Shown: one piece after another, positions 9,187-18,862 of the stretch
Position numbering within the stretch: position 1 is the first letter of the stretch
Layout: every line of letters begins with the position of its first letter
NCBI GenBank assembly: GCA_045590615.1
Contig: JAZNRH010000087.1
Location: forward strand, 1-51,002
Reading direction: 5' to 3'
Source of the DNA: Eubacteriales bacterium
Lineage (GTDB): Bacteria > Bacillota > Clostridia > Oscillospirales > SIG627
DNA length: 51,002 nt
Program-made: the position numbers and the translations under genes
The notes under the pieces: generated by a model
What the model was told of the DNA's origin: nothing
Databases searched by the model: none
What the model saw: the letters and a program-made list of their open reading frames with translations, nothing else

Positions 9187-11409
9187 ATGGATGCATGGAG
9201 AAAATTCAAAACAGGCGCGTGGTGTGAAGAAATAAACGTACGCGACTTTATAATGAATAATATAACGCCCTACGAGTCGGACAGCTCGTTTTTGAAGGGA
9301 GCAACCGATAGGACAAAAAGCTTATATAAAAAGGTAACCGAGCTTTTTATTGAAGAGAATAAAAAGGGCGGCGTGCTTGACGTTGATACCGAGCACGCTT
9401 CGTCGATCCTTTCGTTCAAGCCGGGATATATCGACAAGGAAAACGAGCTGATTGTCGGACTTCAGACAGATGCTCCTCTTAAAAGGGCAGTAAACCCCTT
9501 CGCAGGCTTCCGTAATGCTGAGCAGGCGTGCGAGGCGTACGGTTATCAGCTTTCGGATGCTGTCAGGACGTCGTACGTTTACCGTACAACGCATAATGAC
9601 GGTGTTTTCAGAGCCTATACCGATACTATGAAAAAGGCTCGTCACGCAGGTATTTTGACCGGCTTGCCCGATGCTTACGGACGAGGAAGATTAATCGGAG
9701 ACTACCGTAGACTCGCTCTTTACGGAATGGATAGATTAATTGAAGAAAAGAAGCTTGACAAGGCGAGACTTGGTGAGCGTGATATGTCCGATGAGAATAT
9801 TCGTACAATTGAGGATATTTCCCGTCAGCTTCAGTTTATGAAGGCGCTCGTTCAGATGGCAGGCGAATACGGATTTGATATCACTCGCCCTGCAGAGAAC
9901 GCAAAAGAGGCTATACAGTGGCTCTATTTTGCATATCTTGGTGGTCAGAAGGAGCAGAACGGAGCAGCCAACTCAATTGGCAGAATTACGGGCTTTATAG
10001 ATATTTATATCGAAAGAGATATTGCCGAGGGAACTCTTGACGAGGTTGGAGCTCAGGAGCTTATTGACGACCTTGTAATAAAGCTTCGTATGATAAGACA
10101 CCTCAGAACACCCGAGTATAACGACCTTTTTGCAGGCGACCCCGTATGGGTAACTGCCAGTGAGGGTGGTATGGCACTCGATGGCAGAACTCTGGTTACC
10201 AAGACGAGCTTCCGTATGCTCAATACCCTTTACAACCTCGGTCCGTCGGCAGAGCCTAATATTACTGTTCTTTGGTCGCAGTCTCTTCCTCAGGGATTCA
10301 AGGATTTTTGCGCAGGAGTGTCAATCAATACCGACTCAATTCAGTATGAGAACGATGACCTTATGAGACGTGACTACGGTGACGATTATGCAATTGCTTG
10401 TTGTGTTTCGGCAATGAAGGTAGGACATCAGATGCAGTTCTTCGGAGCTCGCTGTAATATGGCAAAGCTTCTTCTTATGACTCTTAACGGTGGTAAGGAG
10501 GAGAAGGAGGGCTTGCAAATTGCCCCCGAGGGCAAGGTGTTTGAGGGTACGCTCAACTACGACGAGGTTATGAAGTCGTTTGAGGGCTACTCCGATTGGA
10601 TGGCAAGGCTTTACGTCAATACAATGAACATCATTCACTTTATGCACGACAAATACGCCTACGAAAGACTTATAATGAGCTTCCACGATACCGAGCCCGA
10701 GCGTCTTATGGCGTTTGGTATAAGTGGTCTTTCAGTACTTGTTGACAGCCTTTCTGCTATCAAGTATGCAAAGGTAACTCCAATTAAGAACGAAGAGGGT
10801 CTCATCGTTGATTTCAAGACCGAGGGCGATTTCCCCAAATACGGAAATGACGACGACAGGGTAGATGAAATTGCCCAGCTTGTTACAAAGCAGTTCTACA
10901 ATCAGCTTTGCAAGACTCCAACCTACCGTGGTGCAAAGCATACCCTTTCAATTCTCACAATCACTTCAAACGTTGTTTACGGTAAAAAAACGGGTAATAC
11001 TCCCGACGGCAGACGTTCCGGTGAGCCGTTTGCGCCCGGTGCAAATCCTATGCACGGAAGAGATATCGAGGGCGCTCTTGCTTCGCTCAATTCGGTAGCA
11101 AAGCTTGATTACGAGTGTTGCCGTGACGGTATATCCAATACCTTCTCAATTACTCCCGTTGCGCTCGGTGAGGACTACGACAAGCGTGTATCCAATCTTG
11201 TCTCTGTTCTTGACGGCTACTTTATACAGGACGCCCATCACCTCAACGTAAACGTTCTTGACAGACAAAAGCTCATCGACGCAATGAACGACCCGACCTT
11301 ATATCCTACTTTGACCATTCGAGTTTCGGGCTACGCCGTAAACTTCAATAAGCTCACTCGCGATAAGCAGGAAGAGGTAATCAGCAGAACCTTCCACGAT
11401 TCGCTGTGA
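9187..11409 (+). CDS. pflB: Pyruvate formate-lyase (formate C-acetyltransferase)
   Basis: [16 protein letters not shown] (active-site Cys pair), IRVSGY (glycyl radical). AAGGAG RBS before ATG 9187. Confidence 0.96.
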   Translation: MDAWRKFKTGAWCEEINVRDFIMNNITPYESDSSFLKGATDRTKSLYKKVTELFIEENKKGGVLDVDTEHASSILSFKPGYIDKENELIVGLQTDAPLKRAVNPFAGFRNAEQACEAYGYQLSDAVRTSYVYRTTHNDGVFRAYTDTMKKARHAGILTGLPDAYGRGRLIGDYRRLALYGMDRLIEEKKLDKARLGERDMSDENIRTIEDISRQLQFMKALVQMAGEYGFDITRPAENAKEAIQWLYFAYLGGQKEQNGAANSIGRITGFIDIYIERDIAEGTLDEVGAQELIDDLVIKLRMIRHLRTPEYNDLFAGDPVWVTASEGGMALDGRTLVTKTSFRMLNTLYNLGPSAEPNITVLWSQSLPQGFKDFCAGVSINTDSIQYENDDLMRRDYGDDYAIACCVSAMKVGHQMQFFGARCNMAKLLLMTLNGGKEEKEGLQIAPEGKVFEGTLNYDEVMKSFEGYSDWMARLYVNTMNIIHFMHDKYAYERLIMSFHDTEPERLMAFGISGLSVLVDSLSAIKYAKVTPIKNEEGLIVDFKTEGDFPKYGNDDDRVDEIAQLVTKQFYNQLCKTPTYRGAKHTLSILTITSNVVYGKKTGNTPDGRRSGEPFAPGANPMHGRDIEGALASLNSVAKLDYECCRDGISNTFSITPVALGEDYDKRVSNLVSVLDGYFIQDAHHLNVNVLDRQKLIDAMNDPTLYPTLTIRVSGYAVNFNKLTRDKQEEVISRTFHDSL

Positions 11410-11417
11410 TAATGAAG

Positions 11418-11461
11418 CATCAGCAAAGCTGATTACAGACCATGAATCAGCTTTGTTGATG
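11418..11461 (+). other. Intercistronic 17-bp stem-loop between pflB and pflA
   Basis: CATCAGCAAAGCTGATT pairs with AATCAGCTTTGTTGATG (one G-U). No U-tract follows. Confidence 0.7.
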
Positions 11462-11531
11462 TTATGAGTTGACATAGTTGTCGGCTACGTGGTTGAAATA
11501 AATGCCTTTATTACTTTTGGGGAGGTTTGAT

Positions 11532-12248
11532 ATGTTCGTACATTCTTTTGAATCTATGGCAGCCAGAGACGGTGACGGAATTCGTTACTGTATCTTTCTG
11601 TCGGGCTGTCCGTTGAGATGCGTCTACTGTCATAACCCCGACACCCAAAAGGCAGGGGGCAAATATTATTCGCCCGAACAGCTTGCAAAAAAAGCGCTAC
11701 GCTATAAGCCATATTTCAAAAATGGTGGTGGAGTGACTTTTTCCGGTGGTGAGCCACTATTACAGAGTGATGAAATAGTCAGAACGGGCAGGCTTTTGAA
11801 GCGTAACGGCGTTGGTTACGTGCTTGATACCTCTCTTGCTCTGCCACTTACCGATAGTGTGAAAAAGGCGATTGACGAGTCGGATATGGTGCTTGCCGAT
11901 TTGAAATTTCCAACTCCCGAAAAAATGAAGGAATTTACCGTCGGTAATCTTTGCTACGTTCTTGATGCGCTTGATTATATTGCTAAAACAAAAAAACGCT
12001 GTCGTATACGCACGGTGGTTGTGCCCGGCATAAATGACAGCATAGAAGCTCTTTCGGAGTATATACCACTCGTTGAAAAGGCCGAGCCTGAGTTTTGGGA
12101 GCTCTTGCCCTTTCATACTATGGGTTTTTTCAAGTATGAGGAATTGGGCGTTGACAATCCTCTGAAGGATACTAAGCCAATGAGCCTGACGGTTCTTGAT
12201 GAATTGAAGAAAATGCTTAGAGGAAAAACCGAGATACAAATAATATAA
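11532..12248 (+). CDS. pflA: Pyruvate formate-lyase activating enzyme (radical SAM)
   Basis: GCPLRCVYCHNPDT, GGVTFSGGEPLLQ, LLPFH. GGAGG RBS. Confidence 0.93.
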   Translation: MFVHSFESMAARDGDGIRYCIFLSGCPLRCVYCHNPDTQKAGGKYYSPEQLAKKALRYKPYFKNGGGVTFSGGEPLLQSDEIVRTGRLLKRNGVGYVLDTSLALPLTDSVKKAIDESDMVLADLKFPTPEKMKEFTVGNLCYVLDALDYIAKTKKRCRIRTVVVPGINDSIEALSEYIPLVEKAEPEFWELLPFHTMGFFKYEELGVDNPLKDTKPMSLTVLDELKKMLRGKTEIQII

Positions 12249-12283
12249 GTGGCTGTAAAAACCAAATTAGTTTTTACAGCCAC
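12249..12283. terminator. Hairpin between convergent pflA and glyQS
   Basis: GTGGCTGTAAAAAC-CAAATTA-GTTTTTACAGCCAC. Shares its core with the hairpin at 15116. Confidence 0.7.
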
Positions 12284-12295
12284 GTTATTTATGTT

Positions 12296-13672
12296 TTAGA
12301 AATCGAGTTTTGCGTTGATATAGTTTGCAACCTCTGCAATCGGAATTCTTACCTGTTCCATTGTGTCTCTGTCACGGATTGTTACGCAGCCGTCGTTTTC
12401 GGTATCAAAGTCGTAGGTGATACAGAAGGGAGTACCGATTTCGTCCTCACGGCGATAGCGCTTACCGATTGAGCCTGCCTCGTCGAAGTCAACCATAAAC
12501 TGCTTTGAAAGCTGTGCGTGGAGCTCGAGAGCCTTTTCTGAGAGCTTCTTTGAAAGTGGAAGCACTGCAGCCTTGAAGGGTGCAAGAGCAGGGTGGAAGT
12601 GCATTACTACACGGGTGTCACCCTCACCGATTGTCTCCTCGTCATAAGCTTCAACAAGGAATGCAAGAGCAACTCTGTCTGCGCCAAGAGAGGGCTCAAC
12701 AACGTAAGGAATGTATTTTTCATTTGTTTCGGGGTCAAAGTATTCAAGAGACTGACCACTGTGATTCTGATGCTGAGTCAGGTCGTAGTCGGTTCTGTCG
12801 GCAATTCCCCAAAGCTCGCCCCAACCAAACGGGAAGAGGTACTCGAAGTCGGTGGTTGCCTTTGAATAGAAGCTGAGCTCTTCGGGAGAGTGGTCACGAA
12901 GCTTGAGGTTTTCCTTCTTGATGCCGAGGCTGTAAAGGAAGTTTGCACAATACTCTTTCCAGTATGCGAACCACTCAAGGTCGGTGTCGGGCTTGCAGAA
13001 GAATTCAAGCTCCATCTGTTCAAATTCACGTGTTCTGAAGGTGAAGTTACCGGGGGTGATTTCGTTACGGAAGGATTTACCAATCTGAGCAACGCCAAAG
13101 GGAACTTTTTTACGAGAGGTTCTCTGAATGTTTGCAAAGTTTACGAAGATACCCTGCGCTGTTTCGGGACGGAGATAAAGCTCTGCCTTAGCATCCTCTG
13201 TTACACCCTGGAAGGTCTTGAACATAAGGTTGAACTTACGGATATCGGTGAAGTTGTGCGCTCCACATTCGGGGCAGACGATGTTGTTGTCTTCGATATA
13301 TTTCATCATTTCTTCGTTTGACCAACCGTCAGCACTTTCGCCGAGATGCTCTTCGATGAGCTTGTCTGCTCTATGACGCGCCTTACATTCCTTACAGTCC
13401 ATAAGGGGATCGGAAAAACCACCAACGTGACCCGATGCAACCCAGGTCTGAGGATTCATAAGGATTGCGCTGTCAAGTCCTACGTTGTAGGGCGATTCCT
13501 GAACGAATTTTTTCCACCACGCTTTTTTTACGTTGTTCTTGAATTCAACACCAAGAGGACCGTAATCCCAAGTGTTTGCAAGACCACCGTAAATCTCAGA
13601 GCCTGAATATATAAAGCCACGGTTTTTGCAAAGGGAAACAACTTTTTCCATTGTCTTTTCGCTGTTATTCAT
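12296..13672 (-). CDS. glyQS: Glycine--tRNA ligase (alpha2 homodimeric type)
   Basis: [47 protein letters not shown]. Confidence 0.96.
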   Translation of the reverse strand: MNNSEKTMEKVVSLCKNRGFIYSGSEIYGGLANTWDYGPLGVEFKNNVKKAWWKKFVQESPYNVGLDSAILMNPQTWVASGHVGGFSDPLMDCKECKARHRADKLIEEHLGESADGWSNEEMMKYIEDNNIVCPECGAHNFTDIRKFNLMFKTFQGVTEDAKAELYLRPETAQGIFVNFANIQRTSRKKVPFGVAQIGKSFRNEITPGNFTFRTREFEQMELEFFCKPDTDLEWFAYWKEYCANFLYSLGIKKENLKLRDHSPEELSFYSKATTDFEYLFPFGWGELWGIADRTDYDLTQHQNHSGQSLEYFDPETNEKYIPYVVEPSLGADRVALAFLVEAYDEETIGEGDTRVVMHFHPALAPFKAAVLPLSKKLSEKALELHAQLSKQFMVDFDEAGSIGKRYRREDEIGTPFCITYDFDTENDGCVTIRDRDTMEQVRIPIAEVANYINAKLDF

Positions 13673-13825
13673 TTTATATACCTTCTTTATATTTATTTCT
13701 AAGCCTTATTCTACCAAAAAACTACAAATAAGTCAATAGTTAATCGTTAAAAAGCGCTTATATATTGACAAAATCGCATTCTGGTGATAAACTTTATAAA
13801 AACAAAATCCAAAGGAGATGTTTTC

Positions 13826-15106
13826 GTGAAGAAGCTGTCGCTTATATTGATTGGTGGGGGAGACAGAGGAAGATGCTATATGAAGTATCTTGACGATCAC
13901 CCCGAAAAATTTGAGCTTGTTGGAATTGCAGAGCCCGTCAAGGCTAAAAGAGATTTTTTCAAGGAAAGGTATAACGTTCCCGAAAAAATGTGCGTTGAGG
14001 ACTATAACGAGCTTTTGGCTTTGCCGAAATTCGCTGACGTAGTTGTGATTTGCACCCAGGACAAAATGCACTACGAGCCTGCTATGAAGGCGATTGAAAA
14101 GAAATATCATCTTCTTTTGGAGAAGCCGATTGGAACGAGCGCCAAGGAGTGCTTTGATATTGCAGATGCAGCAAAGAAAAACGGCGTCAAGGTATTGGCT
14201 TGCCACATTCTGAGATACACTCCTTTTTACAGAACGCTCAAGAAATTTATTGCCGACGGTCATCTCGGTGAAATCGCAAACGTTTCTCATACAGAGGGCG
14301 TTGGAAACGTTCATATGAGTCATAGCTTCGTTCGAGGAAATTGGAGAAGGGAAGAGGAGGCAACTCCTATGATTGTTGCCAAGTGCTGTCATGACACCGA
14401 CCTGTTACAATGGCTACTCGATAAGCCGTGTACCAAGGTTCAGTCATTTGGAACTCTGTCGTATTTCTGTGAGAAGAATGCGCCTGCAGATGCTCCGATG
14501 CGCTGTCTTGACAATTGTCCTCATAAGGACACCTGTTATTACTATGCGCCAAGGCTTTATAAGCTTACGACGACAGAGGTTCAGCATTTCAGGGCAATTG
14601 TTGCCAATAAATTCAACCCGACCGATAAGGAGGTTGACGATGCGCTCGTTACCTCACCCTACGGAAGATGCGTTTTCCGTTGTGATAACGACGTTGTCGA
14701 CCGTCAGATTGTGACTATGCAGTTTGGGGACGACCAGTGCGTTACTCTGACTATGTCACCGTTTAACAAAGGTGGAAGAACAACCGTTATTATGGGAACG
14801 AAGGGCGAAATAAGGGCTAATATTGAAGAGCATACTATAGAGTTTTACGATTTTGAAACACAAGAGGTCCGAGAGCTTTTCAATATAGACAAGGCAGAGG
14901 CGAAGGGTCTTTCCGACGGTCACGAGGGTGGCGATGCCGGAATTATGGAGGACCTTTACGAATATGTTGCTAACGATAATCCTTCGAGCTCGGTTTCAGA
15001 CGTCTCGGTTTTTGCAATGAGCTATCTTATAGCCTTTGCTGCAGAAGAGGCGAGAGTCAGTGGAACGGTGATTGATATGGAAGAATACGTGAAAAAGTTT
15101 ATATGA
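13826..15106 (+). CDS. Gfo/Idh/MocA family oxidoreductase
   Basis: IGGGDRG, LLEKP, KCCHDTD motifs. GTG start with AAGGAG RBS. Promoter TTGACA(13765)-17 bp-TAAACT. Confidence 0.88.
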   Translation: MKKLSLILIGGGDRGRCYMKYLDDHPEKFELVGIAEPVKAKRDFFKERYNVPEKMCVEDYNELLALPKFADVVVICTQDKMHYEPAMKAIEKKYHLLLEKPIGTSAKECFDIADAAKKNGVKVLACHILRYTPFYRTLKKFIADGHLGEIANVSHTEGVGNVHMSHSFVRGNWRREEEATPMIVAKCCHDTDLLQWLLDKPCTKVQSFGTLSYFCEKNAPADAPMRCLDNCPHKDTCYYYAPRLYKLTTTEVQHFRAIVANKFNPTDKEVDDALVTSPYGRCVFRCDNDVVDRQIVTMQFGDDQCVTLTMSPFNKGGRTTVIMGTKGEIRANIEEHTIEFYDFETQEVRELFNIDKAEAKGLSDGHEGGDAGIMEDLYEYVANDNPSSSVSDVSVFAMSYLIAFAAEEARVSGTVIDMEEYVKKFI

Positions 15107-15115
15107 GCTTTTATA

Positions 15116-15158
15116 GGGTCTGTAAAAAACTAAGTTAGTTTTTTACAGACCCCTTTTT
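15116..15158 (+). terminator. Intrinsic terminator / dispersed palindrome
   Basis: GGGTCTGTAAAAAACTAA-G-TTAGTTTTTTACAGACCC followed by a T-run. Confidence 0.75.
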
Positions 15159-15209
15159 GTATAATATTTTTACAGCTTTTTGGAACAATATATCAAAAGG
15201 TGGGATTGT

Positions 15210-15575
15210 ATGAAAAAGCTTTTATTGTTTGCCTTGACGGGTACTGTTGCAGGATTTGTAAACGGACTTTTCGGAACGGGTGGCGCTCTGCCCTTGCTCG
15301 CCTTGTTTTCCTACCTGTCTCTTTCAACGGACAAGGCGTTTGCGACGGCTAATATTACTGCTATGACGCTATCTCTTATAAGCTTTGCAGTCTATATGAA
15401 AAACGGGGCTTTGCCGGAGGGGTTTTTGCCCGATTTTGTTTCGGGTGGGCTTTTGCCTGCTTTGTTGGGTGGCGCTGCAGGTAGTCTGCTTTTGTCTAAA
15501 ATTTCTCCGGATCTGCTCAAGAAAATATTTTGCATAATCACTGTGATTGGTGGAGTCGGGGTGGTGTTGAAATGA
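15210..15575 (+). CDS. TauE/SafE (TSUP) family membrane protein, half-size unit 1
   Basis: AGFVNGLFGTGG motif, hydrophobic helices, LLKKIF near the C-terminus. Confidence 0.8.
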   Translation: MKKLLLFALTGTVAGFVNGLFGTGGALPLLALFSYLSLSTDKAFATANITAMTLSLISFAVYMKNGALPEGFLPDFVSGGLLPALLGGAAGSLLLSKISPDLLKKIFCIITVIGGVGVVLK

Positions 15576-15913
15576 CCTTTTTGATTGCTATGCTCACAGG
15601 TCTTGGAGTTGGCTCGGGTGGGCTTTATATATTTTACCTGACTCTTATTAAAAATTTGCCTCAAAGAGAGGCACAGGGTATAAATCTGCTCTTTTTTATT
15701 ACTGCAACGCTCGCTGCGGCGATTGTGAATTTAATAAAGAAAAGAGTTTTCTTTCCGGCTTTTTTAGTGGTTTTTCCGTTTGGTATTATCGGGGCTTTGC
15801 TTGGCTGTCGGCTTGCCTCCTCGATTGATACAAAGCTTTTATCGATTATGTTTGGCTCTCTGATTGCTATCGTCGGCGCAGTCGGCTTTATAAAGCTGTT
15901 GAAAAAGCGTTGA
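15572..15913 (+). CDS. TauE/SafE (TSUP) family membrane protein, half-size unit 2
   Basis: GLGVGSGG and QREAQGINLLFF motifs. ATGA overlap with the upstream gene. Confidence 0.8.
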   Translation: MTFLIAMLTGLGVGSGGLYIFYLTLIKNLPQREAQGINLLFFITATLAAAIVNLIKKRVFFPAFLVVFPFGIIGALLGCRLASSIDTKLLSIMFGSLIAIVGAVGFIKLLKKR

Positions 15914-15964
15914 CAAAGAAATGTTAATATGCTAAAATTAGGAAAAACAACTAAGGAGCATATT

Positions 15965-17440
15965 ATGAAATATATAGCAGAACAAAAGGCTTTAATTATT
16001 TATTGGGATTTGCCCGAGGATTTTATTGAGGGCGACGGATATACCTTGTTGCTTGACGGTAAGAGCTACGAAACTACAGCTTGTCATCTGAAGGTTGAGG
16101 GGCTTGTTCCCGATACCGAATACAAAGCAGAGCTCGTATTCAAGGGCAGAAGAGAAGAGCTTGTTGCAAGAACTCTTGCCGTTGCTAAGAGAATAGATAT
16201 CACAAAAGCACCGTATAGCGCAGTGGGTGACGGAAAAACTCTCAATACCAAGGCTATTCAAAGGGCGCTCGATGATTGTGGTAAAAACGAGTGCGTTTAT
16301 ATTCCTGAGGGTGATTTCCTTACGGGTGCGCTCAGGCTTCATTCTGATATGGAGCTTTATCTTGATAAAGGGGCAATACTTCACGGTACTACCAACGTAG
16401 ATGATTATAAGCCCAAGATCAAGAGCCGTTTTGAAGGCTACGAGATGCTTTGCTATTCCGGACTTCTCAATCTCGGCGAGCTGTCGAGAGATGAGTATAC
16501 CTGCCGAAACGTAAGAATTTGTGGAGAGGGTATGATTTGTGGTGGTGGAATTGAGCTTGCCAACAACGTAATTGAGGTCGAGAGCCTTCTTATGAAGGAC
16601 GAGCTTGAGGCGATGGGTGACAAAATCAAGGAGTATGAGCTTCCTATTACTGTGCCTGCAAGAGCGAGACCTCGTCTTATCAATATCAGCTCTTGCGAAA
16701 ACGTGGTTATAAATGGAGTTACAATTGCAAACGGACCTTGCTGGAACGTACATATGATATATTCAAACGACATTGTGACATATGGCTCGACCTTCCGTTC
16801 AAGTGGAGTATTTAACGGAGACGGCTGGGACCCCGATTCGTCAACCAACTGTACCATTTTCGGTTGTGAGTTCTTTACGGGTGATGATGCTGTTGCCATC
16901 AAGTCGGGTAAGAATCCCGAGGGCAACGTTATCAACCGTCCGTCCGAGCATATCAGAATTTTCGATTGCAAGAGCAGTCAGGGTCATGGCGTTACCATCG
17001 GCAGCGAAATGTCGGGTGGTGTAAACGACGTTCGCATCTGGAACTGTGATATGGACAACGCTGTTTACGGTGTTGAAATCAAGGGCACGAAAAAGAGAGG
17101 TGGATACGTCAGAAACGTCAACGTTCGTTTCACAAAGGCGTGCAGGCTTCTTATCCACTCGGTTGGCTACAATGACGACGGAGAGGGTGCACCCGAGGCA
17201 CCGGTTTTTGAGAATTGTACATTCGAGGATATTTCGCTTACTGCCCGTATGCAAGATTACGAGGGTAATAAAATAGATTGCGAGGCAATAGAGGTGTCGG
17301 GCTTTGATGACGAAAAGCATTATGCAAAGAACATCAAATTCAAGAACATCACAATCGACAGTGGAGTCGGAAGTCGCAAGCACACGATACTTCTTAGCTG
17401 CTGCGAGGGCGTAACACTTGAGAATATAAAATGTAAATAA
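15965..17440 (+). CDS. Glycoside hydrolase family 28 (polygalacturonase-like) with N-terminal fibronectin-III-like domain
   Basis: GDGKTLNTKAIQ, NGDG, GDDAVAIKSG, GHG, IGSEMSGG. No signal peptide. Promoter TTGACA(15910)-17 bp-TAAAAT. Confidence 0.9.
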   Translation: MKYIAEQKALIIYWDLPEDFIEGDGYTLLLDGKSYETTACHLKVEGLVPDTEYKAELVFKGRREELVARTLAVAKRIDITKAPYSAVGDGKTLNTKAIQRALDDCGKNECVYIPEGDFLTGALRLHSDMELYLDKGAILHGTTNVDDYKPKIKSRFEGYEMLCYSGLLNLGELSRDEYTCRNVRICGEGMICGGGIELANNVIEVESLLMKDELEAMGDKIKEYELPITVPARARPRLINISSCENVVINGVTIANGPCWNVHMIYSNDIVTYGSTFRSSGVFNGDGWDPDSSTNCTIFGCEFFTGDDAVAIKSGKNPEGNVINRPSEHIRIFDCKSSQGHGVTIGSEMSGGVNDVRIWNCDMDNAVYGVEIKGTKKRGGYVRNVNVRFTKACRLLIHSVGYNDDGEGAPEAPVFENCTFEDISLTARMQDYEGNKIDCEAIEVSGFDDEKHYAKNIKFKNITIDSGVGSRKHTILLSCCEGVTLENIKCK

Positions 17441-17462
17441 TAAAAACGACGAGACACAAAAA

Positions 17463-17503
17463 CCCCGAATACGCAGGCAATTTGCTTACGTATTCGGGAT
17501 TTT
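17463..17503. terminator. Bidirectional terminator between the GH28 gene and galE
   Basis: CCCGAATACGCAGGCAA pairs with TTGCTTACGTATTCGGG, flanked by A and T runs. Confidence 0.75.
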
Positions 17504-17504
17504 A

Positions 17505-17556
17505 TTTTTAATTATATATAGAAAATTGTTTTGAATCAACCTCGGCGGCTCGCCAC
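17505..17556. repeat. Internally deleted copy of the 105-bp repeat at 22341-22550
   Basis: 17516-17544 matches 22344-22372 at 26/29 positions; 17544-17556 matches 22532-22544 at 13/13. Confidence 0.8.
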
Positions 17557-18564
17557 TTAGTGTTGCTTTTTGAGTGTTTTTTCTGCAAAGTTCCATGCCG
17601 AACGGCACATATCGTCGAGTCCGAGCTTGGTTTTCCAGCCGAGCTCACGGTATGCCTTTTCGGGGTCTGCGAGGTAGATGGGGATATCACCGGGTCTGCG
17701 CTCGGTTATTACGTAGGGCACCTTGAGTCCGTTTGCTTTTTCAAATGCCTTTACGATATCGAGTACGCTATAGCCCGTTCCTGTTCCGAGATTGTAGATG
17801 TGAACGCCTGCCTCGGTGAGCTTTTCGATTGCTGCAATATGACCGAGAGCGAGGTCGGTTACGTGAATATAGTCGCGCACTCCCGTTCCGTCGTGGGTGG
17901 GGTAGTCGTTTCCGAACACGCTGAGCTGGTAAAGCTCACCTGCAGCTACCTTAACGATATACGGCATAAGGTTGTTTGGAATACCGTTGGGGTTTTCTCC
18001 GATCAATCCACTTTCGTGCGCGCCGATTGGGTTGAAATATCGAAGGAGTGTTACGTTCCATTCGGCATCTGATTTTGCAAGGTCGGTGTAAATCTTTTCT
18101 ATCATCAGCTTGGTCGTGCCGTACGGATTTGTGGTAGAGAGGGGGAAATCCTCTCTGATCGGTACGGTCTCGGGCTCACCGTAGACGGTTGCCGATGAGC
18201 TGAAGATAATTTTCTTACAACCGTATTTTGCCATAACCTCGGCAAGAACCGTTGAGCTTGCTATATTGTTATAATAGTACATCAACGGCTTGACGCAGGA
18301 TTCTCCTACAGCCTTGAGACCTGCAAAATGAATTACAGCGTCAATTTTGTTTTCCTTGAAAATATTTTCGGTATCTTCTCTTTGTGTTAAATCAACGAGA
18401 TAGAATTTGGGCTTCGTACCCGTGATTTCTTCGATTTTATCAAGAACGGTTTCGCTTGAGTTTGAGAGGTTGTCTGCGATAATTACTTCGTAGCCCTTTT
18501 GTATAAGCTCAACTGCAGTGTGTGAGCCGATATATCCCGTTCCACCTGTAACAAGTATTGTCAT
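17557..18564 (-). CDS. galE: UDP-glucose 4-epimerase
   Basis: TGGTGYIGSH, HFAGLKAVGES, YGTTK, LRYFNPIGAH, GVRDYIHV. Confidence 0.95.
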   Translation of the reverse strand: MTILVTGGTGYIGSHTAVELIQKGYEVIIADNLSNSSETVLDKIEEITGTKPKFYLVDLTQREDTENIFKENKIDAVIHFAGLKAVGESCVKPLMYYYNNIASSTVLAEVMAKYGCKKIIFSSSATVYGEPETVPIREDFPLSTTNPYGTTKLMIEKIYTDLAKSDAEWNVTLLRYFNPIGAHESGLIGENPNGIPNNLMPYIVKVAAGELYQLSVFGNDYPTHDGTGVRDYIHVTDLALGHIAAIEKLTEAGVHIYNLGTGTGYSVLDIVKAFEKANGLKVPYVITERRPGDIPIYLADPEKAYRELGWKTKLGLDDMCRSAWNFAEKTLKKQH

Positions 18565-18733
18565 ACGTATAATCCCTTCTTTGCTTTTTTTACTATATTA
18601 ATATTAACACAACAAAAAATCAATGTCAATGTGAATAATTCATATATTCTTGTGATAAATCAAAATTTTTGAATAAATTGACCAAAAAAGCCGTCGTTTT
18701 TTGTATCAGTTGCTGTATGACGATTTTTGTCAT

Positions 18734-18827
18734 ACACAATATATTGTGGTTGAAATCCCAAAATAAATAAAAAAACCCCAAAATATTGAAATTTGCTATT
18801 GACAATATACAATATATGTGATATGAT
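18734..18827 (+). promoter_or_regulatory. Tandem NrdR boxes and sigma-A promoter of nrdD
   Basis: ACACAATATATTGTGG (18734) fits the NrdR-box consensus; a weaker CCCCAAAATATTGAAA lies 42 bp downstream. Promoter TTGACA(18799)-17 bp-TATGAT with extended TG. Confidence 0.8.
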
Positions 18828-18862
18828 ACTATCACCGACGAAAATGAAAGAGAGGATTAGAG

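Noticed and set aside
13673-13740. Expected T-box leader upstream of glyQS
   Set aside because: A promoter (TTGACT-17 bp-TAGAAT, 13736-13708) lies about 35 nt from the start codon, leaving no room, and no T-box motif is visible.
15210-15913. TauE gene split by a frameshift (pseudogene)
   Set aside because: The halves are joined by an ATGA overlap and each begins with its own Gly-rich motif, consistent with a natural two-gene half-size arrangement.
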